Positions 29,858-40,600 of a stretch of 64,000 nucleotides of DNA are shown here, piece by piece (within the stretch, counting starts at the first letter, position 1; each line of letters starts with the position of its first letter). The position numbers and the translations under genes are program-made. The notes beneath the pieces were generated by a model that was given only the letters and a program-made list of their open reading frames with translations, had not been told where the DNA came from and did no database searches. Source of the stretch: an uncultured virus (IMG/VR IMGVR_UViG_3300021400_004213). Taxonomy: Duplodnaviria; Heunggongvirae; Uroviricota; Caudoviricetes. The stretch is from the IMG/VR virus record IMGVR_UViG_3300021400_004213; one strand, given 5' to 3'.

Positions 29858-30559
29858 TTAGCAACAATCCCATGTATAAAACACATCAGAAAAATCCATC
29901 TGTTCTAAATCTTCTTTTCGAATAAAGAAATTCGCAACACCCACATCGCCCCACATGATAATGTCTTTATAAGAATCCATCTGGAACAATAACATATCGT
30001 ATTGTTTGTTACTACCCTTTCGTGGGTCATATTGTGTGAAAAAAGGATATCCTAACAACTTACTACCGCCACCGCTGAAAAAATTATAAGCTTCTTCATC
30101 TTCGATAATCTCCGACTCATCCGCATAATCAGCGAAACGATAATCTGAATATGACATGAACTCTGTAGTCAATTCAAAAGTCATTCGACATGGCTTCAAC
30201 ACAGGAGAATCTTTGTATTGCTTCCAAATCTCAATCCCATCATCTCGTACACACTCGTGATAAACAACCAAACTTCCATTTTCCTTGAACAAACCATAGG
30301 TATTATCCGTTCCAACAAAAAATTGCAACATACCATGATTCGGGAAAATGTCGTTCTCTGGCAACTCAGCAAGATTAATCTGTGCTAAAAACATCAAATC
30401 TGGTGATTCGCCACTATTGGGCCAATAAAATGACCCACCAATCTTACTTGTTCGATAATCACCACTATCATCTTCGATGTATGTGATATCAAACATCGGT
30501 GTTGATGGTAGAATAGACTTCAACTCATCAATCAAAGTTCCTTTCTCTTCAGCATTCAT
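29858..30559 (-). CDS. YwqG/DUF1963-family protein
   Basis: SKIGG, FLAQIN, GMLQFF, LLGYPFFTQ.DPR, WGDVG, WDCC. Confidence 0.85.
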   Translation of the reverse strand: MNAEEKGTLIDELKSILPSTPMFDITYIEDDSGDYRTSKIGGSFYWPNSGESPDLMFLAQINLAELPENDIFPNHGMLQFFVGTDNTYGLFKENGSLVVYHECVRDDGIEIWKQYKDSPVLKPCRMTFELTTEFMSYSDYRFADYADESEIIEDEEAYNFFSGGGSKLLGYPFFTQYDPRKGSNKQYDMLLFQMDSYKDIIMWGDVGVANFFIRKEDLEQMDFSDVFYTWDCC

Positions 30560-30587
30560 ATTGCACCTCTCTATAATTATATTATCA

Positions 30588-31979
30588 TCACCAAATAATT
30601 ATTGGTGTATATACATCACGATTTTTAATTACATTGAAAATATAATCTACTGTTTCATATGGTGTATTAATACACCCATGAGAACCATCACTTACATAAA
30701 TATTTCCACCGTAAGATGAACGCCAAGAAGAATCATGAATACCAACGCCATCCAGCGTAACACGAATAAAATAATGACAGAAAGCACTACCATATGACCC
30801 AGTCATGGTATGCTCTGTATACAAATCAGTAGTACGATACATACCTGTTGGAGTTGCACGAGATGGATCATCACGAGTACCCGTGATAACATTAGCATCA
30901 GCCGTACATACACCATTCTCAATAAACCACAGGTGTTGATCATTAATACTAATTTCAACATATGTATCGCCAAAATCGTTGTCTTCTCCATGCGCAACGG
31001 ATTTATAAATCCATGGCACAGTGATTTCCGCGTTGCGACCAGAGCGTAACGCCTCAATCAGCAGGTCATACAGACCAGCATCATCCAAAAGCCAACCAGA
31101 CAAATGACAAACCGTCCTGTTCTCAGATGACACATCATCCAATATTACCGTTTCGCCTGTAGACGTATGGAAAGTACGAGACTGTCCTCTCGTATTATAC
31201 TTCGTACCGAGAGATATAACATATTCCCGCACCTTATCTTCATCAATCGTAAAACGACCATTCACGACATTTCCAATGTCGTTTAGAACATCTTTCGGCA
31301 CTTGGATAGATGTACCATCACCAAGATCCAATTCAATCTGAGTTTCTTTGAAACTACTTGCCTGTTCTTTTAGATTCAATAAATTTTCATCATCTTCTCG
31401 AACATCGGCAAGCGCATAGCAACCATCTTCTAACAAATCGACATCATATGATGCATCAGCAAGACTTGCAACAATTGCATCTTTCAATTTATAAATATCG
31501 ATTTGCGTTCCTATCATATCAGGAACAATCTGATAGTCTCCATCTTCTGTTTTAACTACATATGCATCAGTTGGTGCTAAATTTCCCGCAGAAACACAAC
31601 CCAAACGACTTACTGCATTCAGCAACGTCGTTTCATTATATGACAACGCATTATCCGTTGTATAATAGCGCTCCGTAAAAAACGAAATAGGCCATATAAA
31701 AGGACTTGTCAATTTCGAAGCAGACTGTAAATCACCAACACGTGTAATTCCGAGTTGATCAAAAGTTGCAACTTCAGTTGCACCATCAGGCATATAAATC
31801 GTAACAATACGATTTCTTGTTCGATTGGTCATTTCAATGGATAAATCCATACTCGTCTTATAAAACACATCTTGCCCATCAATATGGTCACCATATAAGA
31901 AATGCCCAGAAAAAACCAAAACACCAGAGAAATAAACAAAGAGCAGACATACTATTAATATCCACCATCGACGCCTCAT
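30588..31979 (-). CDS. membrane-anchored L,D-transpeptidase (YkuD domain)
   Basis: N-terminal TM helix, YVEISINDQHL, TPTG, GIHD, SHGCIN. Confidence 0.88.
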   Translation of the reverse strand: MRRRWWILIVCLLFVYFSGVLVFSGHFLYGDHIDGQDVFYKTSMDLSIEMTNRTRNRIVTIYMPDGATEVATFDQLGITRVGDLQSASKLTSPFIWPISFFTERYYTTDNALSYNETTLLNAVSRLGCVSAGNLAPTDAYVVKTEDGDYQIVPDMIGTQIDIYKLKDAIVASLADASYDVDLLEDGCYALADVREDDENLLNLKEQASSFKETQIELDLGDGTSIQVPKDVLNDIGNVVNGRFTIDEDKVREYVISLGTKYNTRGQSRTFHTSTGETVILDDVSSENRTVCHLSGWLLDDAGLYDLLIEALRSGRNAEITVPWIYKSVAHGEDNDFGDTYVEISINDQHLWFIENGVCTADANVITGTRDDPSRATPTGMYRTTDLYTEHTMTGSYGSAFCHYFIRVTLDGVGIHDSSWRSSYGGNIYVSDGSHGCINTPYETVDYIFNVIKNRDVYTPIIIW

Positions 31980-32101
31980 AAACGACAACCCTCTTTTCCA
32001 TAAAAGACCTAAAAAATAAGCGCCGCCCCTGTCAAATCAAGAGCGGCACTCAGGCGAACTATCAAGCACAAACATGCCGTCAATCGACCATGCCATGTTG
32101 A

Positions 32102-32437
32102 TTACTCACGATCACTATCGCGAACCTTCTTGTTCAACACGTTAGAAGATGCAAACTTCACGACACGATAGTCACGAACAGCACCTTTCTTTCCACCAAA
32201 CTGAACTGGATGTCCCTTATGAAGTTGTGCGTAAAACGATCCAAATCCAGTAAACGCTACGCGATGACCAGCACAAATTAATTCAATTAACTCGTCAATG
32301 CAAGCCTTAAATACCTCTTCGACGGTATACAAATCACGAACAGTTCCATCCTCAGATGGGTACTGCTCGGCTAGTTTTGCTTTTACATTTTCGAGAAATT
32401 TATCTTTATTGATTTTGTCATATGCTTGTTTATTCAT
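32102..32437 (-). CDS. second, divergent HU/IHF-like protein
   Basis: GHRVAFTGFGSF, VVKFASS..L. Confidence 0.75.
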   Translation of the reverse strand: MNKQAYDKINKDKFLENVKAKLAEQYPSEDGTVRDLYTVEEVFKACIDELIELICAGHRVAFTGFGSFYAQLHKGHPVQFGGKKGAVRDYRVVKFASSNVLNKKVRDSDRE

Positions 32438-32552
32438 AATCCAAATACTCTCCTTATCATACAAAAAAATTTGTAGATAAGCGTTGCTCATTCACACACT
32501 CAATCATGTTTTATTCATAAATGAACAAAACGTTTTACCCTCTTTAACAGTC

Positions 32553-32581
32553 AGTATACAACAGATTTTCAAAAAATACAA
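32553..32581 (-). promoter_or_regulatory. sigmaA-type promoter with downstream operator box
   Basis: TTGTAT-17 bp-TATACT; TTCATAAATGAA at 32514-32525. Confidence 0.6.
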
Positions 32582-32628
32582 CTGGGTTTTGAAAAAAACT
32601 CATATTTATGAGCAGATTTCCAAAAAAA

Positions 32629-33060
32629 TCAATACTCATACTCTTGGTGATCTTTATCGCCAATACCAGTGATGCCAGAAATATCAGGTAAACGACGAAG
32701 GTCTTTACCAAATAAAGCTCCGCCAATATCATTCGAAAGGTTATCCACACCTTTCTGCATCTTATGACGAGTATAAGCAGCACCGCCAACAACTGCGCCA
32801 ACTGCAACGGCATTGGCAATACCAACTTTCGTTAAAAAACCACTCTTATTCGGATCTTCCTCCTCAGCAGACATATCGTCCTCTTCAGCCTTCTTGTTCT
32901 TTGCATCATCAGGTGATTCTTTTTCATCTTTCTTGTTCTTCACATCACCAGATTCATCGTTTTCTTTACCAGAATTCTTCTTATTCTTTTTCTTTTCAGC
33001 GTCCTCAGCTGTCGTTTGAGCCAAAGTCATATCCATTTCGGTTTCATCATACATAGCCAT
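32629..33060 (-). CDS. charged hypothetical protein with C-terminal RRLPDISG motif
   Basis: AAGGGAG RBS; acidic/Lys-rich N-half and one hydrophobic segment. Confidence 0.7.
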   Translation of the reverse strand: MAMYDETEMDMTLAQTTAEDAEKKKNKKNSGKENDESGDVKNKKDEKESPDDAKNKKAEEDDMSAEEEDPNKSGFLTKVGIANAVAVGAVVGGAAYTRHKMQKGVDNLSNDIGGALFGKDLRRLPDISGITGIGDKDHQEYEY

Positions 33061-33083
33061 GATTCAATCTCCCTTCTCACAAA

Positions 33084-33902
33084 TCATTTAGAAAAATCCT
33101 CTAATGCGGCTTCATAATCATCTACAGAAACACCCATATCGTGAATCAAAGGATTATCTATACCAAGTTTTGATAATTTCAAATCATCACTCTTAGTTTC
33201 TGTATATCCTGCATGAGCCAACGCAGCGGCTCTTGCTTCATCATGAATCTCACGTTTCATTGCTTCCCCAGCAGCTTTACGTTCAACCAAATCACCAGTT
33301 TCTTTTCCTGCTGCCACAGCAACCATCGTTTCACGTAATGCGGCATTACGATCTTCCAAATCCACATGGAAGGCATCGTCAGGAGCAGACGGAGCCTGTT
33401 CTTTCAAATCTTCTACATATTCATTATATTCAGCCGTACCCATCTGCAACGACGTTTGCGTCTTTGCATCATTTTCATGTGTATCAAGAGGCTTGAATAC
33501 AATAAACTGTTGCCTACGTTTCTGTTGTTTATCTTTTGCAACAAGTTTCTCAAGCTTCGTCATTTCCTGTACTTCAGCTTGTCTCGTCAAATGCAACTCT
33601 TCCGCTTCTTCAAAATGATGTTTTGCCTGACAATACGGGCAATCCACATCTCGCTCATCACGACCTATATAAAATACGTGACCGCAATTTGGACACAAAC
33701 ACTCAACCAAATTATCTTTGCTCGTATCAACAACATAAGTATCTGATTGAACAGCACGCTTACGAGAAGCATCCTTTGACTTTTGCATAAGACGGAGATT
33801 GCGGTCATCATCATTCGTATCGTTTGAACGGGAACCGCCAAACACATCGACTATATCCAGGTCATCATCCATGACCATAATATCATCGGGAACCATAATG
33901 CC
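33084..33902 (-). CDS. acidic protein with zinc ribbon
   Basis: CPNCG...CPYC. The AGGAGGT RBS suggests a start near 33896-33902; start uncertain. Confidence 0.65.
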   Translation of the reverse strand, partial: GIMVPDDIMVMDDDLDIVDVFGGSRSNDTNDDDRNLRLMQKSKDASRKRAVQSDTYVVDTSKDNLVECLCPNCGHVFYIGRDERDVDCPYCQAKHHFEEAEELHLTRQAEVQEMTKLEKLVAKDKQQKRRQQFIVFKPLDTHENDAKTQTSLQMGTAEYNEYVEDLKEQAPSAPDDAFHVDLEDRNAALRETMVAVAAGKETGDLVERKAAGEAMKREIHDEARAAALAHAGYTETKSDDLKLSKLGIDNPLIHDMGVSVDDYEAALEDFSK

Positions 33903-33969
33903 GTACCTCCTTTCATTTCCCATAATAACACTAAAAACAGCAAAACAAAAGAGGTAAAATATTGATTAA

Positions 33970-34572
33970 TCAGCCAAATTCATCAAAATGATATCCATCA
34001 TCAGGTAAATCATGGTTCGGACCGTCAATACTAGACACATAATTACCACGCTCATCATCATAATAAACATGTCCATCTTTCGTGGCTGTATCCTTCGCTA
34101 ACGCCCTAAAATTTTCTCGATTTGCACGCTTCTCTGCTGCCATACGTTCTTTACGATACGCAGAATATTCATCACCAAGTGCCTGAAGAGTATCAGCCGA
34201 CAAAACATCGTCAACATGATAGACAGCATCGTACAAATTTTCTCTTGCACCAGCAATATTATCCTGATGATTCACATCACCAAAATTTTCGTTATGAACT
34301 AACGAATCCATATATGCAGGCAGACGACCTGCTTCCATATCTTCACGAGTAAATCCTTCACGTTCTAAAACAGCATCATTTAATGCTGGAACTTGAGGTT
34401 CATATTCGGCACGCACCGATTCCTGTGCTTCATAATCATAAAATGATTCTGTTGCGGCAATAACCCTATCGTTAATGAATGGAACAGATGCTGAACGAAC
34501 TTCACCAAATTTACTCATATCTTTATCATATCGATCCACGAATGACAAATCCAATTTATAGCTTTCAGCCAT
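33970..34572 (-). CDS. acidic hypothetical protein downstream of the RNAP gene
   Basis: GGGAGG RBS; C-terminus HDLPDDGYHFDEFG. Confidence 0.7.
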   Translation of the reverse strand: MAESYKLDLSFVDRYDKDMSKFGEVRSASVPFINDRVIAATESFYDYEAQESVRAEYEPQVPALNDAVLEREGFTREDMEAGRLPAYMDSLVHNENFGDVNHQDNIAGARENLYDAVYHVDDVLSADTLQALGDEYSAYRKERMAAEKRANRENFRALAKDTATKDGHVYYDDERGNYVSSIDGPNHDLPDDGYHFDEFG

Positions 34573-34647
34573 CTCAAAAACCTCCCATATAGAACGATTG
34601 CACAGTCAATGACCATTACAGCCATTGGCTGTGCATATCATTACTCA

Positions 34648-37600
34648 TTAACTATTCGGACCATCATTGCCATCTTGCAAATCTTCAGGGCCTTTCACAC
34701 CACTGATATCAGGCAACTCACGATGCATTTTCTTACCATCAGTAGGTGCAGAAGATTTCTCTGTATCCGTTACAGGCGCCTCAGCTGTCTTCGTAAAGTC
34801 ATACTTGAAAGTACTACCCTTACCAGCAGCGGCGGCCTTCGCAGCAGGATCAAATCCAGCAGATGTCGAAACATCTTTACCACGGAACGCCTTTACGTCG
34901 CCTTCACTCTCAACAGAAAGGTCCACCGCACTATTTCTAACATCAATAGTGTTATGTACCATACGAGTATCCGATGGCTGAATAGCCTTCATCTCATCGG
35001 CATGACCATCTGCAGCCAATTGCATATTACGACGAATCTGTTCAGGCGCAAACTGATAGCTCGCAGAACCCTCATACAGATTACGTCCTTCCTGTGCCAT
35101 AGAGTTCAACAAATCACGCGCACGACCATCTGTCTGATAATAAGCAAGCTGGTCAACAGGAGATACATACTTACTGATAACCTGCGGATCCTCGATATTC
35201 AACATACGACCATCTGGACCAACCATAGCATCAGCAACACGCTCAACATCTTCGCGGCTCACAGAACCGCCAAGGTCAAGACCCTTCTTATCTTCATGAA
35301 CTTCCATGAATGTCTTAACCCATTCATCACGGGTAGCCTGAATTGGCTTACCTGTACCTCTATCATAAGCCACACGCCAATGAGGAACGCCCTTATCATC
35401 CGTACTCTTCTCCATGGAATAACCACGCCACAAATTACGGATATCAGCGTTTACTTTATCTTCCAGAATCTGAGCCTTTACTGGGTCATGCTTTGCCTGC
35501 AAAATACCCTGCGTTGCCAAATAAGACAAACGCAAACCCGACTCCAAAGCACCCGCATTCGGTTGCTCAGGTTCAAACTCAGACGCCTTATTACGAAGGA
35601 ACGATACCATTCGCTGCGAAACAGCACCCGCATTACCAGTACAATGTGCCTTGATAGCAGTAGATTTCTCGACATCACGAATATTCTGTTGTGTAACCAA
35701 CTGTTCCTCGGAAACCTTAACACTCTCTGGCAAAATACGTCCATCAGCATCATGGTCAGCCGTAAATCCTGCATACTGCATATAAGAATTCAGCTTACCC
35801 ATACTACCTTTTGCCTTATGGTCAACGACCGTAATCAAAGATTGCATTAAAGCTTCAGGACTCTTAAACGACAATGCTTCAGAGCCAACACCCTTGAATA
35901 CATCCTTCGTATAATCAGACAATTCACGCATCAAGTCCTTATTCTTCTGCATACGATCTTCAGCAGACAAAGATGTATCACGATAAACATCATTGTATTC
36001 ACGCTCTAAACGAATACGACGCTCACGAAGCGTTTCAGGCAATGCATCAACAGCACTCTTATATGCATCAGTTCCTTCGCCGTACTGTGCTTTCAACTTT
36101 TCCAAAGTTTCAGCACGACGCTCATTGTCAACTTCCTCATTGGAAATGACATCCATCGAATCGTTGAACATCAGTGCATAATCACCTTGACGGAAACCTG
36201 CAGATGCATCTTTTTCGCCACGAACACGTGAAAAATCAAGCATATTCTGATCAAACGAGAACAGACGATAGGCTTCTTCCTTCGCAGCATCTGTCTGAAC
36301 AGACTGAATAGCAACAGAGTCACCATCGAAGTCACCATCAAACGAAACAGCAATCGCTGGGTTAACAGCACAACCATGAAGTTCAGGATCAACCTTCACA
36401 TCCATATAACGCATACCATACGTACGAAGCAACGGGTCACGTGCAATCAATACACGGTCACCATCTTTCACACCGAGCTTGTCAGACAAACCAGGTGACA
36501 ATGACACTTGATTCAAATCCAAAGATGGATCTGGTGTCCAAACAGCCGTTGCAGACTTCGACATACGACGTGCCATCACAGAATCACGGAACAAATTATG
36601 TTTCGTATCCAAGATACGAGCATATACATCGTCCATGATACCATTATAATCTTGCTGAGCACTCCTCTGAGCATCAGACATTGCTTTACGACATTTCTCT
36701 TTATCAGCATCCGTTCCAGCAGTTGCCAAGTCAGCCTCAGCCTTCAAATATTTAACACCATTCTCATAAATACGCTGATACTGATTCGTATAATCATGCG
36801 TCATCTTCGTACCATCTTCGAATGTCTGTCCACTACGCAAATGCGAGGACATGACAGGTAACGCATACATTGCATGACCATTACGCTCCACACCTTCAAT
36901 CGGCTCTGTCTTCTGAGAAACACCCGTTTCTGGATTCGAAGCCATCTGTTCCAACGGGAACGGAAGTTCCATGAAACCGCCACGGCTACCAACCGTATCG
37001 GCAAACAACTTACCAAGATCTTTCGATTCAATATTAGCCAATGTTGCATCGTCAGGCATATGGAACGGATATCTCTCTTCGCCATTATGTGGCTTATATC
37101 CAAAACGGACATCACCTGTCTCAGAGAAATCCCAACCTAACGTATTCATATATTCACGAAGATTCGTTACTGCAGAACTGTTCGGACCATAATATTCAGC
37201 CATCATTGCAGGAGCGCCTTTAGCTGTCAACATCCAGCCCTGCTGAGCGGAGACCTTACGGCCTTTACCCTGCTTAACATCATCATCGTCATAACTCTTT
37301 GTATGATCTTCTGCTGTATGATGTGTAATCGTTACAGGCATGTAAGCAATACCGCCTTCCACAACACGATCATCAGACAACTTTAAATCTTCATGAGATT
37401 CAAGACCAAACTTCGCAGCAGCCGCATTAAAACGGCTACATGGTGAATATGGAGACTGAACAATATCCAAAGTTGGATTGTTCTTAAACAACTCAACGAT
37501 ATCCGTCAGTCCACGTTTCTCCGCCTCTGCTGGATCCATATTACGGTCTACAACCAGACCAACGATACTCTTGTTACCAGAGCTATCGCAAATCTTATCA

Positions 37601-40600
37601 CCAGGCATCAACGGACGAAGCTTACCATTCTCATCAAGCTGTTGATATTTCTCCGCCAAATCCTTCGAAATAACAGCACCATCATCGTATGTATAACCGC
37701 CGATAGTCAAAAACGCTACGCCAACACCTTTCAGTTTTGTCGTACCATCTTCTTGCTTAACCATTTCCGCACCAGCAATACCCGAACCTGTCATCAAGTT
37801 AGACACAGCCATCTGCTGACGGTCTGCAGGAATATTCGACGCATATTGCATCTCAGGTGCATACATAATTGGAGCACGACCATTCGGATTATCAGAAAAA
37901 TGAGGTGTACCATCAATATTAACACCTGCACCGACCATGAAATAACGAATCGCACCCTGATTCTTACCAGAACCAGACATAACAGGGTCAAATAACCTAT
38001 CGCTATTCTCAGCCGTGATGGCAAAGTTCTTATGACCCAATTCGTTATACCAATCATGACCATTATCATTCGTCAGTTCATGAACAGACACAAAATCACT
38101 GTTCTTTTCTCTCTGAGCAAAACGATATTCAGCATTAACCGATGATTCCTCAATCAATTCTTTCGGAAGATGACAAAGACGACGGTTTGTTTTAAAAATC
38201 AACTGAAGTCGATCCTCAGGCATATTTGTCATAGCCATCTGGCGCAAATATGTCTCTTTCAAACTCTCCTGCTCACCATTCTCCTTCACTTCAGGTTCAA
38301 TCATAATCTTATATCCAGTAGTATATAAGCCACGATAAGTATTATTAATACTCGTTGTCGTACCTGTATGGAGAACCATATCATCTGGAATAGCAGACAA
38401 ATCTGACGGAACATTCTCCGCAACATTCTGAACATCATAACGAATACGATTTTGAATGTTTTCTACCAAAACCTGTGGCAAACCACGGAAACGATAACGC
38501 TCTTCAATGCTCTGACCTGTACCATCGTCAGGTGCAATATACGCATCGTATCCAGGTGTAAACAACTTATTCTTCGAACCATTATAATGGGTCTCTACAA
38601 GACCATATTCATCAGGTTCAAATACCTGTCCAATCTCACCTTGTAAAGGAACGAACTTATTGACATCAGTGCCAACCGCCACCTGTGCATCATAACGAAT
38701 GACACCCATCTTATCAATCTTGATATCATTCGGATCAACCTTACAAGCCGTCTCACGTAACGATGTTACCATCGTATCAAGCACAACACGTAAATACTCA
38801 GATGTCTTGGCTTTCTCAACCAAAGGCTCTGCAGATGCTTCATCAAAACGAAGAAGCTTATCTTGCATCGTTCCTGTCTCAAAATCATTACCAAGTAATT
38901 CTTTACCAGTAAACTCAAGTGTTCTCATCGCAGAAACAAGATTATCCTTATTTCTCGGAACGCCATGAGGACCCTCCATGAACTGTGCGACCAATGACGG
39001 CGAAAAACGCAAACCATCAGCATTTGGCTCAAACTGACCAAACATCATATCAACACTATCACGAAGATGTGCTCTGATATTCTGTTCAGGTGTACCAACA
39101 TACGTATTCTGTCCAGTCAGACTATTATACGATGTTGGAACAGCACTTAATTCGTCATCTTCAATTTCCGAATCAGATTCACGGTCTTCCGTCAGATTCA
39201 TTGACTCAAACAACTCTGCAAACACAGGATCGTTATCTCTAAAGGTCTGACTACCATCTGGCTGATTTAAAGTCAAACGACCACGAAGCACATTCCAATA
39301 AGTAAGCTGTGCAGGTGCGATCGTCGGATCACCAGACAAATCAGGAATATAACTCTCATTTGGATCATCAGGTTCACCGTTTAACGGGTGATTATGATGT
39401 TCCTCAATCAAATGATCGAGATTAATACGCTGCTCAAAATTATCACGAGCTGACGAAATAGCATCACGCAAGAAATCTTCCGCAGCTTCCTTTGTCTCAA
39501 ACATCAAATGCGCATCGCTATGATTATTCGAACTGTTCAAACCTAAGAACATATTGTTCTTAACTTCACGACCCCTTGCATCACGACGTGTCGGATTAAT
39601 AGGATTCTGAACAGTACCAAAGGAAAACTGCATCTCCAGCTTACCTTCAGGTGAACCCTTCTTCGGACGCATGAAAGTAGTACGTTCGTCTTCATTTCCA
39701 GCACCACGAGCACGGCGCGTACTAATCGTACCGACCTTACCACCAGAACTAGACAAACTAGCAGGACGATCTACACTACGCCCCATCGCATAATCAACCA
39801 ACTTAAGCGTATCATCAATTGATGGTGTATACGCATCTCTATCAGCTTTGGAACGAGCAGTCAAATACAAACTATTGCCATCATTGTAAACACGTCCAAT
39901 ATACAAACCATTCTGACGGTCAGTAGCACCAGGCTGACGAGTATCGGTCAAACGAATAGATACCTTTGTTCTATCAATCACAGCCTTCAACTGACCTGGA
40001 TTCGTATCTGGACGAATCGAATATTGCGTACCTGTTTCGTCCAAATGCTCCAAAATAGCAATCGAACGATCCGTCATCTGACGAGTCATACGACGGTCTT
40101 CAGGAACCTGTTCCATCCAGCGACTTGCTTCACGAAATTCCTTATCAGTCATGAAACCACGCAAACGGGACAAACCCGACGCATCAGCAATTGTCGCCAC
40201 AGGACCAGCATTACGCAATTCATAAACACTCGTACGCTCATCAGCTGGAGCTCGACCTGTACCATCTTCCTTACGGAATCTCATCTGTAAGAACTGATCA
40301 CCACGCTGACGTTCTGCTTCGATAGGCAAATCTCTATCCACGAAAACATATTCCATGCGACCATCACGAGAAATCTGACGTGGTACAAACACATCAGATG
40401 GATTTCGATACAAAATCTCCGTACCGTGTTCCAAAATCGTTTCGCGTTCCGCATAACGCTCATCAAAAGGAGAACAAGGAATCACATTATCCGTGCTGAA
40501 TTTCATACCCTCTGTCTTACGCTTAGCCGCTTCAGCTCCTCGCAAAGCAATACCTGTGACATCGACCCATTCAGCCAAATAACTATTGTACTTATCATTA

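Noticed and set aside
34609..35850. 413-aa plus-strand ORF
   Set aside because: Antisense shadow of the RNAP gene, with no RBS or motifs; explained by codon bias
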